DNA of 64,000 nt from Octopus bimaculoides (Eukaryota): contig NC_068984.1 of assembly GCF_001194135.2 (NCBI RefSeq), forward strand, positions 17,985,765 through 18,049,764, written 5' to 3'. Under the pieces are notes generated by a model. That model searched no databases, had not been told where the DNA came from, and saw only the letters and a list, made by a program, of their open reading frames with translations. Both the position numbers and the translations under genes were made by a program. This document shows, one piece after another, positions 25,771 to 37,265 of this stretch (its first letter is position 1; every line of letters starts with the position of its first letter).

Positions 25771-26112
25771 TAGTATCTAATTTTGAAAATGAAGAATTTA
25801 GTGAAATAACTTTTACATGCTAATGGTTAGAACATCTGTTCCATTTACAGATATGGATTCAAGTCCAATGGCCAGCCTCTTACATTTTTCTTATTCAAGG
25901 AATTTTAATGCAATATTCTAAACTGTTAGTTACAACTTTATCTACTTAGAACTCCATCATTAAAAATAATTTTGTGTTGTTGATTTACCGAAGGTCAAAC
26001 CTGGCTAGACAAACCTATGTTCCATAGCATTCTGTGGCCACCTCAATTTTAAGCTTATCTAGGAAGACTATTTAATGTGTAATTTTTTTTTTGTTTTTGA
26101 GGTGTATTAAGG

Positions 26113-26424
26113 TGGATGGCGCCATCCGTCAACGAGTAGAGCTTCTCTGCCAATACAACTGCAGAACGTACTCGTAGCGGAAGGGTCATCTATACCAAGA
26201 CGCCGGTGTGTTATAGTGGTCAGGGCCACTCAACCTGAATCTGTGCGCTTATAGTGGGCAGTGCCACCACCAATTTTCTACAAGACTTCGAGTGAAGGAG
26301 CAAGTAGGGTCCCGACATTTGTGGCTTAAACTACACGTCCATGGGGTGAATCCATCTGCCTACGGGATCGGCTGCCATCCCTCGATGCACGGATCATAAC
26401 CTTGCCTAAACGCCTGGTATTATC
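26113..26424. other. 312-bp GC/CpG-rich insert of unknown class interrupting a family D repeat
   Basis: ~52% GC and ~17 CpG by hand count; TAAGG direct repeat at 26108-26112 and 26425-26429. Confidence 0.6.
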
Positions 26425-26579
26425 TAAGGAAGATTTGCCAGCTATTTATAATTGGCCAAGTGATTATGTGGAGACTCCCCTGCTGGCTCTTCATTGATAT
26501 ATTAAACTAGTTTTGTGAACATAGCATTAATGCCCTCACATAGTTATAAAGGCTTTTGATTTCAATATGAAATCATTAA

Positions 26580-26796
26580 CCCTTTAGCATTTAAAATGGC
26601 CATGTCTGGTCAATATTCTACCAATTTTAAGTTAAAACTGGCCAGATCCAGCCTCTCATACTTACCCAACAATGTCATTCAAAAAATAACAACCACATCA
26701 TCCAAATCTCAAAGCTACAAGATAATGCAAGATTAATTCCAAACAATGTGAAAACATAAGCATTAGATTTTTGATAGTAATCTGAACGCTAAAGGC
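26580..26796. mobile_element. piggyBac-type MITE (opposite orientation to 8320)
   Basis: TTAA|ccctttagcattt .. gaacgctaaaggc; the body is the reverse complement of 8320-8538. Confidence 0.75.
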
Positions 26797-27469
26797 TAAA
26801 ACAGATGGTTTTGTATAAACTGGATTGATATGAAAGAATTAGGATCTACTGATGGTATTGTTTATCACACAAACAAACGTACATTTCTTGGTAAAGTACT
26901 AACATGCTTAATGTGGTGAGCATAATAATTTTAAGGAATCTTAAATTGATACCAATGTTGAGTAAAGGTAAACATTGAACCATGTTTTCCCAAAATCAAA
27001 TAAAGATCAAATCGGCAATTCAAAATACACAAAGTAACAACAAAAACAGTCTTTTTGAAATTAGTTGACATGCCAGAGCTGTTTGTACATGTATATTCTG
27101 GGAAATGAGTTAGCGACTCTCTGTAGTGTTGTAGCATCACTTGTAAAGTTATTTCTATGATATTTGTAACTGTCTGATGGTTTTTCATCCTTTGATCGAT
27201 ATGACAAATATTATTGTAATGTTCACTATGAATCGTGTTCTGATTGGATTCAGCTAAATTTTATTCTTGAATAATAATGTAAATAGAAAAGTCTAGTGAC
27301 TGTCTTTGATGGCAGTTAGTGAATGCAAACACTTCAAAAATGGAATAAATTGGTTTGCCTTGAGAAAGATAGGGGTGAAAAAAAAATCTAACTTTGCAAA
27401 AAGAACTTTTCATTGGCATATGTCCATTAATAGATTCCACCCTGATTTCATTTCACACATACATTCTGT

Positions 27470-27865
27470 AGATGTGGCTGTATGGGTAAAAAGCTTGCTT
27501 CTCAATCATGTGGTCTTTGGTTCAACCCCACTTCACAGCCCCTTGAGTGCCTTCTACTACAGCCACAGGTTAACTAAAGCTTTGCGATTTAATTTGGTAG
27601 ATAGAAACTGAAAGAAGCCCATTGTGTGTGTGTGTGTGCATATTTGTATGTACCCTTAGGTTGTCATCACATGATGGTTGTAAATGAACATCTTTGTCAT
27701 AAACAGACCTGGAAATGAATACTCTTCTAACTACAGAAAAATATTACCTTGTTTCGAAACCAGTAAGAGCTGGCTATAAGAAAAGCATCCGACTGTACAA
27801 AATCTGTCTCAATGAATTCCATCTGACCCATGCCAGGATGGAAAAATGAATGTTAAACAGATGAA
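27470..27865 (+). mobile_element. SINE family A'
   Basis: A-type head, distinct body (gtcatcacatgatggttgtaaatg..attaccttgtttcgaaac) and RTE-like tail (gcatccgactgtac..gacccatgccaggatggaaaa..gttaaac). Confidence 0.7.
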
Positions 27866-27954
27866 TCTTGATGACCAATTGATGTTCTCTCAGTAACCTT
27901 CATCTATTGTGAACAATGTTGTTTAATAATTATTTTTGTATAAATGTAAAAACA

Positions 27955-28110
27955 TTTGTGCTGGTACCTCATAAATTGCACCCAGTACATTCTGTAAAGT
28001 GGTTAGCATTAGGAAGAGCATCCAGCCATGCCAAAATTGACAACAGTGCCTGGTACAGCAACTGGCCTTGCCAGACTGTCTGCCCTATGCCTGCATGGGA
28101 AATGGACATT
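27955..28110 (+). mobile_element. RTE 3'UTR copy (family C), older
   Basis: gcacccagtacattctgtaaagtggttagcattaggaagagcatccagcc..cctatgcctgcatgg. Confidence 0.7.
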
Positions 28111-28179
28111 ACAGGATTTTATAAATTTACTGTTTTAACCTTATTTCAGCCAGGTTATTCTGATTTCACTGGGAAATAA

Positions 28180-28600
28180 TAATGGTTTCAAATTTTGGCA
28201 CAAGGCCAGCAGTTTTGAAGGTGTCTAGTTGATTTCATTGACCCCCACCTAGTACTCAACTGGTACTTATTTTATAGACCCCAAAGGAATGAAAAGCAAA
28301 GTCAACCTTGCAGAGTTTGAAATCAGAATGTAATGACAGACAAAATTTTGCTAAGCAATTTACCTGGCATACTAACAATTCTGCCAGTTTGCTACCTTAA
28401 TAGTAGCAATAATAACAATAGTAATAATGATTGTTTATGATTTTGGTACAAAGCCAAAAGTTGTAAGGGAGGGAATCAGTTGATGCTATCTATCCCAGTG
28501 CTTACCTGGAACTTTGACCCTGAAAGGATGAAAAGTAAATTTGGCCTTTGAAAGATTTGAACTCTGAACAAAAATTAAAAACTGAAGTAATATTACCTAC
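28180..28600 (-). mobile_element. Two tandem SINE B copies separated by (AAT)n
   Basis: Repeated ttttggcacaaggccagc..tggtacttatt..aaagtcaacc..gagtttga units. Confidence 0.7.
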
Positions 28601-28699
28601 CTTAAAGCAGAACACATTTTTGAAAATGATCGTATTAAGTTACTATGGAATATGAGCAATCAAGTAGAATATCCACATCTAGATATTGTCATACTGTAA

Positions 28700-29006
28700 G
28701 GGCTTGTGGTTTAGTGGTTAAGGAATTTGGCTCATGGTCATGGGTTTGATTCCTGGCAATGCATTGTGTCTTTGAGCAAGATACTTTATTTCACATTGCT
28801 GCAGTCCACTCAGCTGGCAAAAATGAGTAGTACCTGTAATTCAAAGGGCCAGCCTTGTCACATTTTGTTCCATGCTGAATTTGAGAACTACATTAAAGGT
28901 ATGTGTGTTTATGGAGTACTCAGCCACTTGCATATTAATTACATGAGGAAGCTGTTCAGTTGATCAAATTAACTGGAACCCCCGTTGTCATAACTGATGG
29001 AGTCCC
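28700..29006 (+). mobile_element. tRNA-derived SINE with a conserved central/3' domain
   Basis: A/B-box-like head (tggtttagtgg, ggtttgattcc), then tcaaagggccagccttgtcaca..gagaactac..gagtactcagccacttgca..aactggaaccc, shared with 34397-34768. Confidence 0.75.
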
Positions 29007-29053
29007 TCTTATTCTTGCACTCAATAAAGAGGTAAGAGTGTGAAGATAAATAC

Positions 29054-29090
<37 letters not shown>

Positions 29091-29094
29091 CTGT

Positions 29095-29335
29095 TTGCTA
29101 CTAGAGTGATAAGCAAAGAACATGAGAAACTAGAAAAATACCAAGAGCTAAAATATGGACTTCAGAGGATTTGGAATTGCCGTAGAGTTAATATCCCAAT
29201 TGTAATAGGAGCCGTTGGAATGGCAGTAAGAAGTTTAAGTGGTTGGTTGAAGATGTTGGATATCAAGGTGAATTTCTTCGTTCAACAGAAAGTCTGTTAT
29301 TTAGCACAGCAAATGCCATATGGAGAGTGTTAAGA
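29095..29335 (+). mobile_element. R4/Dong-like LINE, extreme 3' coding fragment (endonuclease end)
   Basis: KEHEKLEKYQELKYGLQRIWNCRRVNIPIVIGAVG..LKMLDI..QKVC matches the C-terminus of restriction-like-endonuclease non-LTR ORFs. Confidence 0.8.
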
Positions 29336-29419
29336 ATACCTAACAACACAGCTTGATATTTAGCAATTTAATACTGGTAGAACAATTAAATACTGAGTGA
29401 GCAAAAGAAGGAATAATTA

Positions 29420-29860
29420 GAATAGTTTCCAAATTTTGGCACAAGGCCAGCAATATCAAGGAGGGGTAAGTCAATTACATTGACCCCAGTGCTTATTTTA
29501 ATGACCTCAGAAGGATGAAAGGCAAAGTAGACCTCAGCAGAATTTGAACTTTGAACAAGAAGACAGGCAAAATGCAGCTAAGCTTGTTGCCCAGCATGGT
29601 AATGATTCAACCAACCTGCCACCTTAGTAATAATAATAATCTTTTCTACTATAGGCACAAAGCCTGAAGTTTGTGGGGAGGAGTAAATTGATTACATTTG
29701 CCCTAGTGCGTAACTGGTACTTATTTATTTGACTCCGAAAGGATGAAAGGCTAAGTCAACTTCGGTGGAATTTGAGCTCAGAACACGAAGATAGTTGAAA
29801 TACTGTTAAACGTTTTGTGTGATTTGCTAATGATTTTGTCAGCTCATCACCTTAACAATA
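29420..29860 (-). mobile_element. Two tandem SINE B copies
   Basis: ggatgaaaggcaaagtagacctcagcagaatttgaac occurs twice, with (TAA)n spacers. Confidence 0.8.
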
Positions 29861-30894
29861 ATGATAATAATAAAGATGCAGAAACTGTATCTTTTTGGTT
29901 AAGGTTAACTATGTATTTCCATTTGAAGATTCTTCCCCAGGGTGCAAGCTAAGCAAGGTTTTTTTTTTATGAAGACAAGCAGGCAGTTGCCCATGTAGCA
30001 TGTCTCCGCTCTCCATAGAACCAGTATTGTTTAGAAATAGAGAAGCGCCAATTACAGCTTGGTACCTGCGTCATTGTAGACCAACTGGGAATGTTGAAGA
30101 GTTGGAACAAATGCCACAGTACATTTTGTCCAATATCATAACAATCCCACAAATCCAAACTCTAGAAAGATATAAAAAGCAAAGCTGACCTTGGTACAGA
30201 ATGTAAAGGGCTGAAACAAATATCACAAGGTATTTCATTCAATCTACTAACAATTGTACCATCCCTCTGCCTTTTGTTTCATAACTAAGCTGCTAATCCT
30301 TTCAGAACGGTAAAAAAGTCAATGATTGTAATAGTTTTGACCTAAATATTAGTTAAGCAGCTAATTTTAGAACTGCTGTATATTCTCTCTGTTTTTCTCT
30401 GATTTTAAATATTTACCCTTAAACTTTCTTTAATCTAAATCCTATAAAATCTAAATGCATCAGTCAATATATCCACTACATTTGACTGCATGACTTGGAT
30501 ATTTTTTCAAAAGTATTTTGTTTTATCTACTGAAGGATTTACATTCTGAAACTGCTTTTGTATCCTATTAAGCATTAGGAGACCTCTAAGTTTGGATGTA
30601 GCTATTAGTAGACAAGTGTATACAAAGCCATAAAAAGAAATATAGTGAAGAGTGACTCACTGGTATAATTTTCTTGAATCTGAGTTCCATGATAGGAAAG
30701 TGTGTATCATGTCTATTTTAGTTTAAAAAGAAAACCCAGCAAAAATACAACTTTGATTACAATACTCCTGTATAAAGAATATACTAAAATTCTGTGTTAG
30801 AAGTGAAGATTAAGGTAATGCTAATCACTTTCAGGAGTGTGCTGGGTGCTATTTTGCTTCATGGCACCAGCACGAGTGCAGTTGTCTCACAACG

Positions 30895-31230
30895 GAAGAA
30901 GGTATGGCTCTGTGGTTAAGTTTGTCTCTCAACTACATGGTTTGGGATTCAGTTTCATTGTGGGTAAACCAGATCTATGTGAGTGGATTTGGTACACAGA
31001 AACTGTTAGAAGCCAGTCATATATGTATGTGTGCATGTATGTTTGTGTCACCTTATCATGAAATTGCCCGATTGTTGTAAACGAATGCCATTCATTTTTT
31101 CTAATATTCTGTGAAAATGTGTCTGAGCATGGGGAAATGTTACCTTGCTTGTTGGTGACTGGAAGGGCATCTGACCTTATAAAGTCTACCTCAGTAACCT
31201 TTGTCTGACCCATGAAAATGTGGATATTAA
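30895..31230 (+). mobile_element. SINE family A'
   Basis: Same head/body/tail layout as 27470. Confidence 0.7.
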
Positions 31231-31441
31231 AATGTTGATGAATAGCCTAAAGTGACCCCTTTAGTAGAGAGAGGGTGCAATGATTTTTAGGTGAAGTCAT
31301 GAGGGAGAATAAAGGTGAGAGGTACACTTCCTATGCTTGCACACATAGGTACAATTAACTGTGAGAGAAACAATGCATTTAGGTCTTCAGATCTACTGTG
31401 ATAGGTTGTTTTTTGTTCTTTTTAGCTGTCTTGGCATAAAT

Positions 31442-31834
31442 ACTCTTTTACTTGTTTCAGTCATTTTGACTGCGGCCATGCTGGAGCACTGCCTTTAGTC
31501 GACAAATCAACCCCAGGATTTATTCTTTGGAAGCCTAGTACTTATTCTATCAGTCTCTTTTGCCGAACCGCTAAGTTACAGGGATGTAAACACATCACCA
31601 TTGGTTGTCAAGCAATGTTGGGAGGACAAACACAAACATATACACACACATACATATATACATATATATATGACGGACTTCTTTCAGTTTCCATCTACCA
31701 AATCCACTCACAAGGCTTTGGTCGGCCTGAGGCTATAGTAGAGGACACTTGCCCAAAGTGCCACGCAGTGGGACTGAACCTGGAACCATGTGGTTCGTAA
31801 GCAAGCTACTTACCACACAGCCACTCCTGCACCT
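31442..31834 (-). mobile_element. SINE family A, young full-length copy
   Basis: Reverse complement of 3831-4215 from head (aggtgcaggagtggc) to tail (aagtaaaagagt). Confidence 0.9.
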
Positions 31835-31841
31835 ATTTTAG

Positions 31842-31892
31842 AAAATATGGACCGCTTCACGAATTTGTGTGTCATCCTTGCGCATGGGCCAT
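31842..31892 (-). pseudogene. U6: U6 snRNA 3'-half retrocopy
   Basis: Minus strand ATGGCCCATGCGCAAGGATGACACACAAATTCGTGAAGCGGTCCATATTTT versus canonical U6 3' end ATGGCCCCTGCGCAAGGATGACACGCAAATTCGTGAAGCGTTCCATATTTT: 3 mismatches in 51 nt. Confidence 0.95.
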
Positions 31893-32689
31893 AAATGTCA
31901 GCTAAAAATTGATAGAATGTTTTGGTGCTGTGATTGGAAGTTCAATCCTTAATCATTTTCATGGAAATCAATAATAGATCTGTCCTTATTAAAGTTGTAG
32001 TGATTTACTGAACAAAGTGTAGAACCTTTCTCATTGGGCTGTGACAGGAAATTGCATATTGTAGAGCTTCATAGGAATGGTGGTTCTCTGATACTGTTTC
32101 CAGTCTGTATCCTTTAATTTTTTCCACATGGTTCACCGGCCATGAGTACAGCTGCCTCTTCAGTAACTGATACATTAAATTAACTAACATGATTCTTAAC
32201 CTTTCTCTTCAGCTCATATTGTAATGTTGTTGAGATAGATGCAATGTTATCTGATTGAGAACAAAGATAGTGTTGTCATCAAAGTTTTGATTGTTTTGAT
32301 ACATCTGATATTGTTGGTCCAGGTCATGCATGAAATAAGTTCATAAAAAAGAAAAAAAAATATTCATTAGTTAACAGTTCCATGAAACCAATTAAATGCT
32401 AGACTTGGCTTTGTACTTTAAATGCTGCTAGAAATTTCGATTTGAAAGCTGTCATCTTAAAAATTTAAGTTATCAGTGAAAAAGAGTATTTAATGCTAGT
32501 GTTATATCTGACAGCAATTATGAGAGTTTAGTTGAAGAAAGCATGGTTATTTGAATTTTACTCCTTGAGTTTGTGGAAAGTTTCAGCCTTTAAGTTTGGT
32601 GTACCACAGCCTGAAATGCAATTTTTCCAAAATAATCTGTCCCGTGTGAAACAGTGACATAGCAGGGTAATTCAATTTGTCATATTCAG

Positions 32690-33230
32690 TATTAGTTCCT
32701 CTTGTGCTATTAAGCACATTGGGTAGTAAGTTGATACCACTGGCTTCTGTTGGCTGGAGTTTTCTTTTCAACTTGTCCTGTGATGTTAGCCTCTCTCATG
32801 TTGGCCATGAATATTCTGCGCCATGTAGTTTATGATCTTCGTATCTTTTTCAAATAGTGCCTATTTGAAAACTGTTTTAGAACGATGATGTTCTATTAGC
32901 TGAATTGTGTGACCTGCTAGTTTTAATCGTTGTCCTGCAGTGATTTCACTCAGTGACCATATGTTGACTCTTTAGAACATCCTCATTGTTCATGTGGTCT
33001 TTCCAGTATGTTCTCTGAACCCTTCCCAAGCATCTTTGGTAGAACACATCTAGCTTTCTGTTGATTTTTCATAGTGCTTCTCCATGTTTCACCGGCATAA
33101 AGACCTATGCTTATTACAAACCTGGATCTTTGAGTGTAGGCCAATTCTGTCATGTCTGAAGGCTGTTGTTATCCCATTATTTTTCTCTCACTTATGAACA
33201 TTAGCAATGTTTCTCTTTTCTGTCTGAAAT
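32690..33230 (-). mobile_element. RTE-clade LINE 3' coding fragment
   Basis: Minus strand YAGETWRST..RKLDVFYQRCLGRV..YWKDHMNNEDVL..QRLKLAGH..TTWRRIF..RSQWYQLTTQCA. Confidence 0.85.
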
Positions 33231-33392
33231 TACTACTTAAAATGTCTAAAATCATTTTCATACGTACATGTCTTACCTTCGTATGAAACTAAATATTACT
33301 GTGAATCTATTGTCTGTGATAAGTAATCTAGTATCTAAAATTGAAAGTTCTTTCTCATTAATGAGGTTAATATAATTTTATATAATATTTTT

Positions 33393-33440
<48 letters not shown>

Positions 33441-34396
33441 AAATTTCAATAGTTTTCTTTTGTTATTAGAAAAGTTTATCGGTTCAATAAACTTTAGGAG
33501 CAAAAAGTTAAATTGTTTATAGCATATTAAATCCAATTTTATTTGTGATGTTATTATTTATTTATTTATTCTTAGAATTGATGCAGTTTTTCTTTTGAGA
33601 TGCTAAGATATTTTTATCTGAAATGAAAATCTATATTTAGTAGGAATAAAGCTCTACTTGTAGTGCACCATTTAAAAATCTGTCAGACCACTGCGTGTTT
33701 GACATTTTCAATTCTGTTACAATAGAATATTATGAAAGGGAAGATGATTTACAGTGGTGCACATTTCAAAAATCTTCCTACATTATTTTCATTTTTTTTT
33801 ATTTATATTTTATTTATTTCTGTTTAATCTTGTTTTGTGCACAGTGGTTCAGAAGTAGGTTTAAGATTTGGGCTGTTACTATGGAATTTGGAAAGTTAGA
33901 GGCTTATTGGAGGAATTCTACAGAACACCATCCATGTACTGAATGACAAAGTAATGCCGGTCTGTAATAAACATGTCTTTTGTGATATAATTATAAATCT
34001 TTCCATAAGACAATCCTTGCTTTGAATATCTATTATAAAAAATTTTGGAAACACTATAACTTATTTACAATATGCAATATCGTAAATCAGTCACAGTATT
34101 AGTTTATTTACGGCATGGACATTAAAAAGCTACTCAGAAATAAGTGATAAAGACAAAGAAATAACAATGTGGCCAATATTGTTTTGATTTTCCTCATGAG
34201 TACAACAGACAACATCAGTCATGTTTATGTCTTATACTGATCTCATCAGTGGAGTGTTACCTTACTTATTGAAAATTATGATAGAAGAATCACTAAGTAA
34301 ATGTACAGTCTAGTATATTTGTTTGCATTCGAAAACCAACATTTTAGTTTAGAAATGCGCATGAAAGAAAATACTTAAGTTAATATTACATTCAAT

Positions 34397-34768
34397 TGTT
34401 GACACTCTTTCGGTTACAACAACGAGGGTTCCAGTTGATCCGATCAACGGAACAGCCTGCTTGTGAAATTAACGTGCAAGTAGCTGAGCACTCCACAGAC
34501 ACGTGCACCCTTAACGTAGTTCTAGGGGAAGATTCAGTGTGACAAGACTGGCCCTTTGAAATACAGGTACAACAGAAACAGGAAGATAGAGTGATAGAAA
34601 GTTGTAGTGAAAGAGTACAGCAGGGTTCACCACCACCCCTGCCGGAGCCTCATAGAGCTTTAGGTGTTTTCGCTCAATAAACACTCACAATGCCCGGTCT
34701 GGGAATTGAAACCGTGATCCTACGACTGTGAGTCCACTGCCCTAACCACTGGGCCATTGCGCCTCCAC
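34397..34768 (-). mobile_element. Young tRNA-derived SINE with the conserved domain and a 10-bp TSD
   Basis: Head gtggaggcgcaatggcccagtggttaggg..ggtttcaattccc; TSD tacattcaat at 34387-34396 and 34769-34778; CpGs intact. Confidence 0.9.
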
Positions 34769-35024
34769 TACATTCAATGCAGGATGCATTAAAAAGCTAA
34801 CTAAGAATGAATTTAGTGTGAAGAAAAATGGAAATATGTCTTAGATATAAATCATTTACTTTGTATCATCAACATGCAGCTTAATTTCATCAATCCAATT
34901 CTGATAGTTTTAGAAATCATCCTTATCTCTGATTATCAAGAATTTTCAATGAAAGCTATCAGAGTATTCAACCAAATTTTATTTTACCAAACAAATTTTA
35001 TGAGATTTGCTGCAAAGAATCTAA

Positions 35025-35312
35025 ATGGTGTAACTATGTGGTAAGAAGTTTGCTTCCCAACAACATGGTTCCAGGTTCAGTCTCACTGTGTTCTTCCTTG
35101 GCCTCAAGCCAACTATATATATATCTGTGTGTGTGTGTTTTTTTGTGTTTATATCCCTATAACTTAGCAGTTTGACAAAAAAGAGACCAATAAAATAAGT
35201 ACCAGTTTAAAAAAAAAATTAAGTACTGGGGTCCATTCATTTGACTAAAAAATTATTCAAGGCAGTGCCCCAGCATGGCCATAGTCGAATGACTGAAACA
35301 AGTAATAGATAA
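35025..35312 (+). mobile_element. SINE family A with deletions
   Basis: ggtaagaagtttgcttccc..ggttccaggttcagtctcactg..aaggcagtgccccagcatggcc..gactgaaacaagtaa. Confidence 0.8.
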
Positions 35313-36504
35313 AAGATCCCTAAATCTCAATGTCTGCTTTATCAGTCTGTCAAGATTTTACTAAAATTTACTAAACAACCAAGTATGCTTTGAAATATTT
35401 GATTGCAGAAATTTTCTTTTATTCTTCCAAAATCTATCACTGTTTGTGGTGATAAAAACACTGAGAGTTGAGCTGATATAACAGTTCTTATGTCAAAACC
35501 TAACTTACTTTAAAGAAAAAAAAAAAAAAAAAAAAAGATTTCTGATTTCTTATCCTTTATCACTAGTTTCTGAGCTGCATGTGCCAAAAACACTTGTTAG
35601 AAGATCTAAGAGGATAAATAGTGGTTTTTATGGAGGCAAGAATAATGAGAAAACTTTACCAGTTTTTTTTTTTTGCTTGTGCCAATTATTAAAGTAATGC
35701 CAATCTTTATTATATATGAAGATAAATATTGAGAGACAGATAATCTAAAGTGAAGCATCTAATGGCTCCAGTTTTGTTGACTGAAAAGAAGAAAATAACT
35801 AAAATGGGTTCTACTTTATATTCTCTATTGTTTAGTTAGCTGTTGGAAGGGTGTGTGTGTTCATGTATAAAAGCAGGAGTCCCAATACCCCCCCCCATCT
35901 ATACACACACTTAAACAACCATGAAGATAGATGAAAAAGAAAAGTTTTCTATTATGTAGAACTTTTTTCAGTTTTTGCAATAAGATGCAAGAAAGAAAAA
36001 TAGTGGGGGAAAAAAATTTAAAAAAAAAAAAAAGGGGGACTGCAACAAGATTTTAAGCAATTTTCAAGATGAAAAAATATTAAAAAAAACCTTCCAACTT
36101 CAGCTCCTACTTCAATGGCTCTGCTTTATAAGTAGTAGTTTTACCCCAACTGGCATCAAACAATTGGTATTTTTTTCATCATTGAATTCCAAATTACCTG
36201 TTAAAAACTTTTCATTCTGCTCTATCTACCATTCTTCTAAGAATTGTTAATTGATGGAAAATCTGAAAGATCCAACCATGACACTCATGAAAGAAAATTC
36301 TCCTGTTTCACTATAGGGACAACCATTTTTCATTGAGGGTTTTCTTTCTTTTCTTTTTTTAAAATCCTAATCATCACCATCATCATTATTTCACACAGTA
36401 ACCTGCATTCTCACATTCTCTAAGAATAAAAGATTTGGTAAATCTGTGAGATTTCTGAACAGGACTGTTAAAAATAATTTCCACTGAAATGTCTTGTTGC
36501 TAAG

Positions 36505-36910
36505 ACGGTGAGCTGGCAGAAATGTTAGCACACGGGGCAAAATGCTTTATGTTCTGATTTCAAATTCCACCAAGGTCAACTTTGCCTTTCATCCTTTCGG
36601 GGGTCAATGAACTAAGTATCACTTGCCATGTCAAAAGCATTGGTGATGGTGCCACATAAAAAGCACTGATGCTAGTGCTATGTCAAAAGCACTGGTGATG
36701 GCGCCACATAAAAAGCACTGGTGCTGGTGCCATGTCTGAATCACTCAGTACACTCTGTAAAGTGGTTGGTGTTAGGAAGGACATCCAGCTGTAGAAGCTT
36801 AACCAAAGCAGACTTTGGAATCCGGTGTAGCCCATGGCCTTGCCAGTTCCTGCCAAGCTATCCAGTCCATGCCAGCTTGGGAAATGGACCGTTAAATGAT
36901 GACGATGAAG
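36505..36910 (+). mobile_element. SINE B head followed by family C with a 26/52-bp internal minisatellite
   Basis: gacggtgagctggcagaaatgttagc (B), then repeated aaaagcactggtgatgg/tgccacat units and the C tail. Confidence 0.8.
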
Positions 36911-37224
36911 AGGAGGAGTCAATGTAAATACCATGAAACGTTGAGTTTAGAAACTGTTTTCTTCCTAACATTATTGAAAGTATCTGTGTTGATACCCTAC
37001 AATATATCTCAGGAGGACACTCATACTCTGCTTTATGAAACCCAGCGAAAGTCAGAAACTCTGCACCATTTAATCAAACAAAATTTCTTAACTTCATTAT
37101 CGTTCTCCAAATTGGTTTTTGCAATTTTCCCGCTAATACTGGGAAATTTAGAATTCCCAAATAATAGTAATTGCATTAGGTCTGCACATGCAAGCCTACA
37201 TTAGTTTACAAAAATAATAGTATA

Positions 37225-37265
<41 letters not shown>

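Noticed and set aside
34690-34768. tRNA-like sequence
   Set aside because: Has A/B boxes but no acceptor-stem closure and continues into a SINE body with a TSD; it is a SINE head, not a tRNA gene.
35866-35960. TATAAAAG box followed by an ATG in good context
   Set aside because: TATA-like 8-mers are common at this AT content and the ORF stops after 12 codons; needs CAGE data.
36628-36740. Regularly spaced repeats superficially like a CRISPR array
   Set aside because: No unique spacers, eukaryotic context; it is the minisatellite within the RTE 3'UTR.
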